Source: Minisyncoccota bacterium
Lineage (GTDB): Bacteria; Patescibacteriota; Minisyncoccia; Phycocordibacterales; UBA9973
NCBI GenBank assembly: GCA_021734995.1
Contig: JAIPHX010000001.1
Span: forward strand, 52,590-116,589
DNA length: 64,000 nt
Direction: 5' to 3'
Shown here: positions 26,007 through 35,326 of the stretch, one piece after another
How positions within the stretch are numbered: position 1 is the first letter of the stretch
Layout: the number at the start of each line of letters is the position of its first letter
Program-made: the position numbers and the translations under genes
Notes under the pieces: generated by a model
What the model was told of the DNA's origin: nothing
Database searches by the model: none
Seen by the model: the letters and a program-made list of their open reading frames with translations, nothing else

Positions 26007-26030
26007 AAATATATAAAATGTTTTATTTAA

Positions 26031-26059
26031 AAATCCACTTAGTTTGTGGATTTTTTTAT
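26031..26059 (+). terminator. Rho-independent terminator after rplS
   Basis: aatccac-ttagttt-gtggatt followed by ttttttt. Confidence 0.55.
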
Positions 26060-26088
26060 TTCCTAAAATAGTGCTAGACTTCTAAAAG

Positions 26089-26170
26089 GCCCAGATGGCG
26101 GAATTGGTATACGCGTACGCTTGAGGTGTGTATGGAGCAATCCTTGGGAGTTCGAGTCTCCCTCTGGGCA
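26089..26170 (+). tRNA. tRNA-Leu (anticodon GAG), class II
   Basis: GCCCAGA-TG-GCG-GAATTGGTATA-CGC-G-TACGC-TTGAGGT-GTGTA-(variable arm TGGAGCAATCCTT)-GGGAG-TTCGAGT-CTCCC-TCTGGGC-A. Confidence 0.75.
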
Positions 26171-26175
26171 CATCT

Positions 26176-26673
26176 ATGAATATGAAAAAATTAGATCCAA
26201 AGGCAAAAATAATTTTTGTAAAAGTTCAATACTTCTTTCTTTCATTTTTTGCCGTCTTTTTGTTATTAATGAGAATACCTTCTTTTATCAAATATGATTT
26301 TTCCACAAATTATACTTTCTTCTCCTTTCTTTTTTCTGTTGGATTTAGTATTTGGTTTGTTTTTTTTGTATCAAAACTTGCGTTCTCTAGATTTAGTTAT
26401 GGGTTAGGTGAAAAAGGGCTTGTAATAGAGAAGGGAGTATTTTTTCATACCACTAAAGTTATTCCTTATGAAAAGATATCTAATGTGACGATCTTGTCCT
26501 CACGATTTTATAGATTATATACAGTCAGAGTTTCAACTATGATGGTTCATCCTGTGCTTGAAAATACAATTTCTATGTTTACCGAGCGTTACTTTGAGAA
26601 TATTAAAGGGGTTTCTAAAAAAGAAGCAGAAATATTGCAAAATGAATTAAATAAAAAAATACAAACAATATGA
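26176..26673 (+). CDS. Membrane protein with a bacterial PH-like (YdbS/DUF304) domain
   Basis: Two TM helices, then [46 protein letters not shown]. Start trimmed to MNMKKLD so that it does not overlap tRNA-Leu. Confidence 0.5.
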   Translation: MNMKKLDPKAKIIFVKVQYFFLSFFAVFLLLMRIPSFIKYDFSTNYTFFSFLFSVGFSIWFVFFVSKLAFSRFSYGLGEKGLVIEKGVFFHTTKVIPYEKISNVTILSSRFYRLYTVRVSTMMVHPVLENTISMFTERYFENIKGVSKKEAEILQNELNKKIQTI

Positions 26674-27500
26674 AATGTTCAATATTAGGGGTAGGCACAT
26701 TTGGTAAAGCCATGGCCTCACATCTTCTAAAAAATAATCATGAAGTTTTACTTGATACAGCAAAAGACTCTGATGTTATTTTTTTAATCGTGCCTTCCCA
26801 TGCTTGTGCTTCCGCTTTGTTAAAAGAAAAAGAAAATATTAATAATCAGCCTATTATAGTATGCTCCAAAGGATTTTCAGAGGAAGGAGAATTACTTTAT
26901 ACGGCTATCAAGAAAGTATTTAAAAATAATTTATATTTTTTATATGGCCCTACTTTAGCAGATGAATTGTTGGATGGAAAATTGTCAGGAATGATTCTTG
27001 CTGGAGGGGAAGGGAAAGAACTATTAAAAAAAGAATTAGAATCAGATTATCTTAGAATAGAATTATCAGAGGATGTCGTCGGGGCTCAGATAGGGGCTTC
27101 ATTAAAAAATGTCTTTACTATATTTGTGGGGATTTCTGAAGGTTTAAATATGGGAGAAAATGCAAAGGCATATTTTTTTACAAAAGGATTAGAAGAAATG
27201 CAAAGGATTGGAGTTTCTCTTGGAGCCAAACAGAGCACTTTTGTTGGTTTGAATTGTGCAGGGGATTTGTTGCTTCACTCTAGAAATAGGAAGCTTGGTA
27301 TTTTGCTTGGAGAAGGGAAGACCTTAGAAGAGGCAATAAAAGAAATGGAATACACCCCACAGGGGATTGATAATCTTAAGGACATTAAAAAGATTCTTCA
27401 AAATCAAAAATTGAATCCAATAGAAGCACCGATGGTAGAAGTGCTTCATAAAGTATTGTTTGAAAATTACCCAGTCAAACAAGCAGTCAAAGAGATTTAG
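26670..27500 (+). CDS. gpsA: NAD(P)H-dependent glycerol-3-phosphate dehydrogenase (compact GpsA-like)
   Basis: N-terminal Rossmann motif ILGVGTFGKAMA; C-terminal GpsA-like region (LKNVFTIFVGISEGLNMGENAKAYFFTKGLEEMQRIG...GLNCAGDLLLHSRNRKLG). Confidence 0.65.
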   Translation: MKCSILGVGTFGKAMASHLLKNNHEVLLDTAKDSDVIFLIVPSHACASALLKEKENINNQPIIVCSKGFSEEGELLYTAIKKVFKNNLYFLYGPTLADELLDGKLSGMILAGGEGKELLKKELESDYLRIELSEDVVGAQIGASLKNVFTIFVGISEGLNMGENAKAYFFTKGLEEMQRIGVSLGAKQSTFVGLNCAGDLLLHSRNRKLGILLGEGKTLEEAIKEMEYTPQGIDNLKDIKKILQNQKLNPIEAPMVEVLHKVLFENYPVKQAVKEI

Positions 27501-27573
27501 CTTCACAATAGAAGAAAATATTTTTAGCGATCTCTATTTGTCTTATTTAGACAAAAATTGTTATAATCAAAAC

Positions 27574-28035
27574 ATGATAGAACAAGATTATTTTTTGTCT
27601 CGTTTGGGGATGCTTATTTTTGCTATTGTTGGATTTTTTATTGCTAAATATATATATAACACCAAAAAGGAAAATAAGCCTTTGGTGTGTGCTGTGGGGT
27701 TTGATTGCAATGGAGTAGTCAATAGTCGCTTCTCAAAGCTTTTTGGTATTCCTGTAGAGTTTTTTGGGATGCTTTATTATGCTTTAATGTCTATCGCTTA
27801 TTTGGCTCTACTTTTCATTCCAGCGAGTAGTTTGTCTCCACTTATAATACTATTTCTAGCCTTCGCTCCAATGTCCGCTTTTATTTTTTCTCTGTATCTT
27901 CTATTTGCACAAGTGTTTGTGCTTAAAAAAGGATGTTCATGGTGTTTTATTTCTTCTTTTGTTTGTATTTGTATTTTCATCCTAACATTATTTGTCTATG
28001 ATATTTCAGGAGCTTTGCAATCTTTTTTAAATTAA
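27574..28035 (+). CDS. Vitamin K epoxide reductase (VKOR)-family membrane protein
   Basis: Loop Cys pair (CAVGFDC), SRFSKLFGIPVEFFGMLYY, and a CxxC in a TM helix (GCSWCF). Start set at the internal Met, since the upstream ORF segment overlaps gpsA. Confidence 0.55.
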   Translation: MIEQDYFLSRLGMLIFAIVGFFIAKYIYNTKKENKPLVCAVGFDCNGVVNSRFSKLFGIPVEFFGMLYYALMSIAYLALLFIPASSLSPLIILFLAFAPMSAFIFSLYLLFAQVFVLKKGCSWCFISSFVCICIFILTLFVYDISGALQSFLN

Positions 28036-28044
28036 TTTTTTAAT

Positions 28045-28599
28045 ATGCTATACACAAGAAAAGGAGACAACGGAACGACAAAAACATTTGGATGTGATCA
28101 AAGGATCTCTAAGAGCTCTTTGATTGCGGAAGCATTAGGTTCTATGGACGAAATTAATTCTTTTTTAGGAATCTGTAAAGTAAAGTCAAAAGATGAAAAG
28201 TTTTTAATGCCTGATGGTAAAGAAATAGATATCATTGTGCATGAGGTTCAAAAAAATCTTTTTATTATTCAAGCGGAGTTGGCGGGGTCTAAGATTTCTA
28301 TTACCGAAGAGAAGGTCAAAGAGGTAGAGTTTTTAGTGGATTCTATTGAAAAAGGGTTGCCACCAATAAAATCTTTTTTCATATCAGGGGGGACAGAGCT
28401 TGCTTCTTTGTTTGATATTGCTCGCACGATTGCAAGAAGAGCAGAAAGAAGAGTGATCGGAGTTTCTGAGGAATCAAAAGTAGTAGTGGGGGATTTTACC
28501 AAAGCATATTTAAATAGACTTTCTAGTCTCTTGTATGCACTGGCCAGGTGGTCTAATTTTGAAGCAAAGATAGACGAAGAAAGTCCTGATTATAAATAA
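28045..28599 (+). CDS. PduO-type ATP:cob(I)alamin adenosyltransferase-family protein (MMAB-like)
   Basis: N-terminal YTRKGDNGTTKT motif and a helical-bundle length of about 184 aa. Confidence 0.7.
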   Translation: MLYTRKGDNGTTKTFGCDQRISKSSLIAEALGSMDEINSFLGICKVKSKDEKFLMPDGKEIDIIVHEVQKNLFIIQAELAGSKISITEEKVKEVEFLVDSIEKGLPPIKSFFISGGTELASLFDIARTIARRAERRVIGVSEESKVVVGDFTKAYLNRLSSLLYALARWSNFEAKIDEESPDYK

Positions 28600-28609
28600 A
28601 AAAATAAAA

Positions 28610-31225
28610 ATGAAAAATAATAATATAAATACAAAACCATGGGCGATGACAGAAGAAGAAGTTTTTCTTTCTTTGGGGACATCTAAAGAAGGACTTAGTG
28701 AAAAAGAAGCAGAGTCTCGTCTTTCAAAGTTTGGTACCAATACTTTTCACAATAAAGAAAAAGTTAATCCTTTTGTCTTGTTTTTGAAACAATTTTTAAG
28801 CCCCCTTATTTTTCTTTTAGTATCAGCTTCTGTTATTACCATCTTTTTGAAAGAATGGATGAATACTGCAGGGATTGTTTTCGCTATTTTAATAAATGTT
28901 GGCTTGGGTTTTTGGCATGAATATAATGCAGAAAATACACTTGAAAAATTAAAAGGGTATATAAAAGAGAGGGCTAAAGTTGTGCGAGAAGGAAAAGAAA
29001 AAGAAATAGATTCAGCTATGATTGTGCCAGGGGATTTGATAAAGATTTCTTACGGCTCTCGAGTACCAGCTGATGCTAGGGTTTTGAGTGTCAATAATTT
29101 CCAAACAGACGAAGCTATTCTGACAGGTGAGTCTATTCCTGTATATAAAGAAATTGGTTCTATGAAAGTATCTGCAGAAGTAGCTGAAAGAAAAAATATT
29201 GCACATTCTGGTACTTTGGCGGTGCAAGGTTTTGCTACTGCTGTGGTATATGCTACAGGGAATCATACAGAGATAGGAAAGATTGCAGGGATGGTTTCTA
29301 AGATTGATAGAGTAGATACTCCACTTAAAAGAGGTATGAATAAGCTCGCTTGGCTTATTTTCTGCATCACGTTGTTGATTGTCGTTGGGATTGTAACTTT
29401 AGGGGTAATTCGTGGAGAGTCATTGTTCCCAATGCTAGTCTTGTCTGCTGCTGTCGCAGTGGGAGCTGTCCCAGAATCGCTACCCATTGTTCTTACTGTT
29501 ATTCTAGCTATTGGAGCTACTCGTATTGCTGAGAAAAAAGGAATTGTTCGTAAACTTACCGCGGCGGAAACTCTTGGCTCTACTACTTTGATTATGACAG
29601 ATAAGACAGGCACACTTACTTTGGCGGATATGCAATTGACTGCTATCTATTCTAGAGAAGATATTATTCTAGAGAAGAAAAAAGAAATTAAAGATAATTC
29701 AGAGCTTTCAGGAGAAGAAAAAAATTTATTGAATCTGTCTTTGTCTAATCTTGACTTGTCTGTAGAAAATCCTGAAGAGATTTCATCAAAATGGTCTTTT
29801 AAAGGGAAACCTTTTGAAGTAAATATTGCCAAAACTTGTGTTGCTCATGGAGTATCTTTGGATGAATTGATCAAACCTATTTCTGTCTTAGTGTTGCCTT
29901 TTAATTCTACAAATAAATTTTCTATCGCTCTGGAAGATGGTGAATATATAGTAATGGGAGCTCCTGATATTTTATTAAAAAAATCTAATCTTTCAAAAGA
30001 TGAATATTTAAAAATTGAAAAATGGATTGAAAAGACTAGCGAAGAAGGAAAGAGGTTGATTGGAATTGCTTCTTTCCCTAAAAAAGAAGGGCAAAATAAT
30101 ATAACCGCAGAAGATGTGGAAGGAATAAAGTTTTTAGGAGCTTTTGTGTTTTATGATCCTTTAAGACCAGAAGTTCCTGAAGCAATCAAAAACATAGAGG
30201 ATCATGGTATAAAAATAGTATTGGTTACAGGAGATTTGAAGGGAACTGCTGTTTCTTTGGCTAGAGAGATTGGGTGGAAAATAGAAGAAGATGAGGTGAT
30301 TTTGGGGGCAGATATGCGTACTATGTCTAATGATGAATTATCAAAACTGCTTCCACATATAAAGATTTTTGCTAGAGTTACCCCCGAAGATAAATTTAGA
30401 GTAGGAAAACTATATCAAAAATTGGGAGAAGTAGTAGCCATGACAGGAGATGGGGTGAATGATGCTCCTGCTCTCAAGGCAATGGATATAGGTATCTCAG
30501 TAGGCTCAGGAAGTGATGTTGCAAAAAGCGCTGCGGACTTAGTCTTGCTAGATGATAATTTTCATACTATTAGCATGGCGATTGATGAAGGGAGAAAGAT
30601 ATTATCCAACATCAGAAAAGCAGTAGCCTATATGCTTTCTAGCTCTTTTGATATGGTCTTTGTAATAGGAGGTGGATTAGTTTTTGCTTTACCTCTTCCA
30701 TTGACGGCTTTGCAGATAATTTGGATTAATCTTTTTACAGGAAGTCTGCCTGCCCTCGCTTTTGCTTTTGATAAAGATATTGATAAACAAAAATATTCTG
30801 GAAAAGATTTGAAGTTGGTCTTTTCTAAAGAAGTAAAAATACTAGCTCTTGGAGTGGGAGCTCTTACGTCTATATTGCTATTTGTCCTTTACTATGTCTT
30901 ACATCAAATGGAGATTGAAATGTCTACTATCAGGTCTGTGATGTTTACTTGTCTTTCTTCATATATTTTAGTTATTTCTTTTTCTTTCAGAAGTCTAAGA
31001 AAGCCAATTTTTTCTTATAATATTTTTTCAAATGCTAAATTAAATTGGAGTATTTTTTCTGCTTTGTTGCTACTTATCTTAACCTTCGTTCTTCCTTTTA
31101 TGAGAGATATCTTTGAGATGGATCCATTCCCATTAAATTGGCTACCTTTTGTTTTCTTGTGGTTGGTAGTAAATATCTTACTTGTGGAAGGAGCAAAGTA
31201 TGTTTTTCGCAAGTTAGATATTTAA
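28610..31225 (+). CDS. Cation-transporting P-type ATPase (type II, Ca2+/Mg2+-like), 871 aa
   Basis: DKTGTLT phosphorylation site, TGES (LTGESIPV), TGDGVNDAPALK hinge motif, and about 10 TM helices. Confidence 0.85.
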   Translation: MKNNNINTKPWAMTEEEVFLSLGTSKEGLSEKEAESRLSKFGTNTFHNKEKVNPFVLFLKQFLSPLIFLLVSASVITIFLKEWMNTAGIVFAILINVGLGFWHEYNAENTLEKLKGYIKERAKVVREGKEKEIDSAMIVPGDLIKISYGSRVPADARVLSVNNFQTDEAILTGESIPVYKEIGSMKVSAEVAERKNIAHSGTLAVQGFATAVVYATGNHTEIGKIAGMVSKIDRVDTPLKRGMNKLAWLIFCITLLIVVGIVTLGVIRGESLFPMLVLSAAVAVGAVPESLPIVLTVILAIGATRIAEKKGIVRKLTAAETLGSTTLIMTDKTGTLTLADMQLTAIYSREDIILEKKKEIKDNSELSGEEKNLLNLSLSNLDLSVENPEEISSKWSFKGKPFEVNIAKTCVAHGVSLDELIKPISVLVLPFNSTNKFSIALEDGEYIVMGAPDILLKKSNLSKDEYLKIEKWIEKTSEEGKRLIGIASFPKKEGQNNITAEDVEGIKFLGAFVFYDPLRPEVPEAIKNIEDHGIKIVLVTGDLKGTAVSLAREIGWKIEEDEVILGADMRTMSNDELSKLLPHIKIFARVTPEDKFRVGKLYQKLGEVVAMTGDGVNDAPALKAMDIGISVGSGSDVAKSAADLVLLDDNFHTISMAIDEGRKILSNIRKAVAYMLSSSFDMVFVIGGGLVFALPLPLTALQIIWINLFTGSLPALAFAFDKDIDKQKYSGKDLKLVFSKEVKILALGVGALTSILLFVLYYVLHQMEIEMSTIRSVMFTCLSSYILVISFSFRSLRKPIFSYNIFSNAKLNWSIFSALLLLILTFVLPFMRDIFEMDPFPLNWLPFVFLWLVVNILLVEGAKYVFRKLDI

Positions 31226-31275
31226 GAGTTTGGCTTTTGTCTATTTTTTTGCTATAAATACAAAGTGCCATATAT

Positions 31276-31347
31276 GGTGCCTATGGTGTAGTGGTAACAC
31301 AGAAGCTTGTGGAGCTTTTATCTCCGGTTCGAATCCGGATAGGCACC
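31276..31347 (+). tRNA. tRNA-His (anticodon GTG) with a genomically encoded G-1
   Basis: G(-1)-GTGCCTA-TG-GTGT-AGTGGTA-ACAC-A-GAAGC-TTGTGGA-GCTTT-...-CCGG-TTCGAAT-CCGG-A-TAGGCAC-C. The G-1:C73 pair is the tRNA-His identity element. Confidence 0.8.
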
Positions 31348-31564
31348 CAGCAGTCAGCGACTAAAAAATAGACCGATACGGTATGGGTTTTTCTATATTC
31401 GCCCAAAATCTGGTTCTAGACTCTGAAGGTCTAAAAATCAATTATATCTTTTAATTTCAACTTAAAATATGAAAACTTAAAAGTTCAAGTCCTTGAAGGT
31501 CACCATTAGTAGATGTCTCAAAAGACTGGAGTGTTTTATTGGTGATTTTTGATATAATAAAAAT

Positions 31565-32707
31565 ATGAAAATTCCAATAGTGGATGAAAATGATAATATT
31601 ATAGAATATAGAGAAAGAGATAATCGTGATTTAAATGCTATTTATCGTGTTTCTTCTTTGTGGATTACTGATACTGATGGAAATATTTTACTTGCTCGTC
31701 GTGCTTTTAATAAAAGCCATGACCCTGGTAAATGGGGTCCTGCAGTAGCTGGAACGGTTGAGGAAGGAGAAACTTATGAGCAGAATATAATAAAAGAAGC
31801 AGAAGAAGAAATAGGATTAAAGGATATCAAGCCTATTGTTGGGATTAAAAAACGTAGAAATGCTAAGTGGAATTATTTCGTTCAATATTTTCTACTAACC
31901 CTACCGGTAGGATTTAATAATTTCAAAATTCAAGAAGATGAAGTTGCCGAAATTAAATGGTTTCCTGAAGAAAAACTAAGAAAAGAATTAAAAGAAAATC
32001 CAGATGAGTTTCGAAAAGGTATTCATGAGAGAATGAATGAATCTATTAAACATGTAATAATTTTTTCTCATGGATTTGGAACTCGGAAAGACGATCGTGG
32101 ACTTTTTACTGATATTGCAGAGGGGTTTCCTGGAACAGAATCCATACTTTTTGACTATAATAGTGTTGATGAAACAGAGAATACTCTAACTGCTTGTTTA
32201 TTATCTGAGCAAGCAAGAATGTTAAATGATGTAATTGAAAAAGCATATATAGATAATCCAGAGGCAACGATAGATATTATTGGTCATTCACAGGGATGCT
32301 TGGCGGTGTCTCTTGCAAAACCACAAGGAATTCATAGAACTATTTTTGTTGCACCTTCTTTAGATACAGACATAGAGCATACAATTGAGATGTTTAAGGA
32401 GCGGGCAGGAACAGAGATAAATTTATCTGGTATATCAAGGCTGGCACGTAAAGATGGAACTGTTACGTTGGTCCCTGCTCTGTTTTGGGTAGAAAGAAAA
32501 CAATCTGATCCAATTTCTTTATATAATGAATTATCCAACAAAACTGATTTAATCATTATAAATGCAAAGCAAGATGAAATATTTGGCCATACAAATACTC
32601 AAGGATTAGATAAAAAAATTGAGATTATAAATATTGATGGGAACCATCAGTTTTCAGGGGAATCAAGACAAGTATTGATAGATAAAATAAAGATATTACT
32701 AGAATAG
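31565..32707 (+). CDS. Fusion protein: N-terminal Nudix hydrolase and C-terminal alpha/beta-hydrolase
   Basis: Nudix box GTVEEGETYEQNIIKEAEEEIGL; alpha/beta-hydrolase nucleophile elbow IIGHSQGCLAV, and HGFGT near the domain start. Confidence 0.65.
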   Translation: MKIPIVDENDNIIEYRERDNRDLNAIYRVSSLWITDTDGNILLARRAFNKSHDPGKWGPAVAGTVEEGETYEQNIIKEAEEEIGLKDIKPIVGIKKRRNAKWNYFVQYFLLTLPVGFNNFKIQEDEVAEIKWFPEEKLRKELKENPDEFRKGIHERMNESIKHVIIFSHGFGTRKDDRGLFTDIAEGFPGTESILFDYNSVDETENTLTACLLSEQARMLNDVIEKAYIDNPEATIDIIGHSQGCLAVSLAKPQGIHRTIFVAPSLDTDIEHTIEMFKERAGTEINLSGISRLARKDGTVTLVPALFWVERKQSDPISLYNELSNKTDLIIINAKQDEIFGHTNTQGLDKKIEIINIDGNHQFSGESRQVLIDKIKILLE

Positions 32708-32837
32708 TGTTTCATGGCCGAGGTGGCTTGAACTGCGGTAGTGACCCCCATATTTCTATTCTTGCCAATCTGTACAGTTTATGTAGAGGGTTTTTATAGG
32801 CTACTAGAAATCAAATTTTTTATGATAAAATAAATAA

Positions 32838-34565
32838 ATGACTCCAGAAATAAAGAACTGCCAGAACTGCAAAAAAGACTTCACTATTGAGATAGATGAC
32901 TTTTCTTTTTATGAAAAAATAAAGGTTCCGCCTCCGACTTGGTGTTCAACATGTAGATTTCTCCGAAGAGCAGTTTTTAGAAATGAAAGAAAACTTTTTC
33001 GAACTATTAATGCAGTTACAGAGAAACCAACACTCTCTATTTACCCTGCAGAATCTGGATACACCATATATGATGATAATTATTGGGGAAGTGATAATTG
33101 GGACCCTTTTTCTTATGGAAGAGATTTTGACCGTTCGAGACCTTTCTTAGCTCAACTTTTTGAGCTGAATCAAGAAATTCCACACCCTCGCGTTAGTACA
33201 CTTAATATGATTAGAAGTGAATACTCTGCAAACGCTGTTGATCTTAAGGATTGTTATTTGCTTTTTAATTCTAATAACTCAGAAAATTCAGCATATGGTA
33301 ATGGTATAGATTTTTCGAACAATTGCTTTGATACTTCTCACATTAAACAATCAGAAAGATGTTATGAATCTTTCTGGCTTACCAAATGTTACGAAACGTT
33401 CTTTTCTTCTCAGTGTGAGAATTGTGTATCAGTTTGGTTTTCTAAAAATTGTCAAGGTTGTACAAATTGCTTTGGGTGTGTAAATTTAGTGAATCAATCA
33501 TATTGTTATTTTAATAAACAACTATCGAAGGAAGAATATTTATTAACAATAAAAGAATTGGAGCTTGAGAAATTCTCTAATTTAGAAAAGATTCAAAAAG
33601 AAAGTAGGGAATTCTGGCTTAAATTTCCAGTGAAGTATTTTACTGGAATGAAAAACGTTTTTTCTTCAGGAGAATATATTACTCATTCAAAAAACGTTCG
33701 TAAAAGTTTTCTTGTGAGAGAGGGTGAAGATTTAAAGTATGTGCAGTACTCCCAAGTGGGTTATTTGCGTGATGTGATGGATGTGACTGTTGTTGCAAAA
33801 AGTGAAATTGTTTATGAATCAAGTATCTCTGGCTGGGACTCAGCTCAGCTTAAGTTTTGTTGGGAATGTTGGGATGGAGGAATTGATTTCGAGTACAGTA
33901 TGTTTTGTGGGAGAGGAGCAAGTCATATTTTTGGTTCAGTTGCCATAAGTAGTGGAGAGTATATTATTCTCAATAAACGTTACTCTAAAGAAAATTTTTT
34001 TAAACTTCGAGATGAAATAAAGCAACACATGAATGAAATGCCATATATCGATAATCAGGGTCGTGTATATAAGTATGGAGAATTTTTTCCACCCGAGTTT
34101 AGTCCTTTTGCTTATAATGACACTATAGCCCCCGAGCACTTTCCTTTTTCAAAAGAAGAAATATTATCTTTTGGCGCAAAATGGTACGAAGTTCCAAAAG
34201 GAGAGTATGGAACAACCATAGGTGCGAGAGAGTTACCCGATAATATTGATGATGTAAAATCTGATCTTCTTGAAGAAGTTATATCTTGTGCTGACTGCAA
34301 AAGAGGATATAGAATAATTTCTTTTGAACTAGATTTTTTAAAAAATCACAAAATTCCCATACCTAGATATTGTGTTGATTGTCGTTACAAAAAAAGAATT
34401 TCTCAGAGAAACAAAAATATTTTTTATAATAGATCATGCATGTGTACAAATGAAGAGCATTTTCATGGAGTAAATAAGTGTCAAATTGAATTTGAAACGA
34501 GTTACTCCCCAGAAAGACCCGAGATAGTGTATTGTGAATCTTGCTATCAGAAGGAGGTTTATTGA
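32838..34565 (+). CDS. Cysteine-rich protein family member 2 (575 aa)
   Basis: N-terminal CQNCKKDFTIEIDDFSFYEKIKVPPPTWCSTCRFLRRAVFRNER; central CENCVSVWFSKNCQGCTNCFGCVNL; YGEFFPPEFSPFAYNDTIAPEHFP; C-terminal CADCKRGY...FLKNHKIPIPRYCVDCRYKKR...PEIVYCESCYQKEVY. Confidence 0.7.
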   Translation: MTPEIKNCQNCKKDFTIEIDDFSFYEKIKVPPPTWCSTCRFLRRAVFRNERKLFRTINAVTEKPTLSIYPAESGYTIYDDNYWGSDNWDPFSYGRDFDRSRPFLAQLFELNQEIPHPRVSTLNMIRSEYSANAVDLKDCYLLFNSNNSENSAYGNGIDFSNNCFDTSHIKQSERCYESFWLTKCYETFFSSQCENCVSVWFSKNCQGCTNCFGCVNLVNQSYCYFNKQLSKEEYLLTIKELELEKFSNLEKIQKESREFWLKFPVKYFTGMKNVFSSGEYITHSKNVRKSFLVREGEDLKYVQYSQVGYLRDVMDVTVVAKSEIVYESSISGWDSAQLKFCWECWDGGIDFEYSMFCGRGASHIFGSVAISSGEYIILNKRYSKENFFKLRDEIKQHMNEMPYIDNQGRVYKYGEFFPPEFSPFAYNDTIAPEHFPFSKEEILSFGAKWYEVPKGEYGTTIGARELPDNIDDVKSDLLEEVISCADCKRGYRIISFELDFLKNHKIPIPRYCVDCRYKKRISQRNKNIFYNRSCMCTNEEHFHGVNKCQIEFETSYSPERPEIVYCESCYQKEVY

Positions 34566-34646
34566 TTACTCAGCCATCTTTCTTGTCGTATTTTATAATA
34601 ACATGCTGACATAGTCAGCTGGTTTTGTTTGTGATATTATCATCTT

Positions 34647-35264
34647 ATGAAAAAGAACATAATTATTGCTATTTTGGTAGTTTTATTAGTTGTTTCGTTG
34701 AGCTTTGTGTTTTTTGGAAGTAAATCTTCAAAAGATGAGATTAGTGATTTGTCGCAATTAAATTATCAATTTACCGACAAAGACACAAGAGAGAATAGTG
34801 CTCAAAATAGTATGGAGACATCTAGTGCTGTGGGTAAGGTTACTCCAAAATATGAAGATACAGCAGAATCAAAAATTGTAAGCGAAAAATCTTCTGCCTA
34901 TTTGACAAGTTTTGAACAAAGAAGTGATGGATATTATTATTTAAGTTTTGATTATGTTAGTTTTGGTCAAGATCAAGCAGGTGCTGTGACTCCTGTAAAT
35001 AATAATTCTAAAACAAGAACATTTAGAGCATCTAAAAATTTGAAAGTTGGATACGATTTTACAAATGAATTTAATGGGAATAAATTTTATACAATTTCTC
35101 AATATCTACCTCTTTTGACAAAGAAAGGTAACTTTTTGTGGAATCCAACTATCCAAGAAGATTCTTCTTTCCTGCATAACGGGCTTTATCAGATTAAAAT
35201 TGAAAAAGGGGAAGTTGTACAAATGTATGAAGGAGGAGATTTTTCTAAACCTCAAGGTCTTTAG
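34647..35264 (+). CDS. Hypothetical membrane-anchored extracytoplasmic protein (205 aa)
   Basis: N-terminal TM/signal anchor (IIIAILVVLLVVSLSFVFFG); no motifs. Confidence 0.45.
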   Translation: MKKNIIIAILVVLLVVSLSFVFFGSKSSKDEISDLSQLNYQFTDKDTRENSAQNSMETSSAVGKVTPKYEDTAESKIVSEKSSAYLTSFEQRSDGYYYLSFDYVSFGQDQAGAVTPVNNNSKTRTFRASKNLKVGYDFTNEFNGNKFYTISQYLPLLTKKGNFLWNPTIQEDSSFLHNGLYQIKIEKGEVVQMYEGGDFSKPQGL

Positions 35265-35326
35265 ATGTTGGTTGGAGACTTCTTTATTGACTTAAGCATA
35301 TTCTATTTTTTTGATATAATACACAT

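Noticed and set aside
28045-28599. A PduO-type cobalamin adenosyltransferase in a genome with no other visible cobalamin genes, as a sign of misannotation
   Set aside because: The YTRKGDNGTT motif is specific to this family, and MMAB-like proteins occur without a full B12 pathway. I judged it not anomalous enough to report as a finding.
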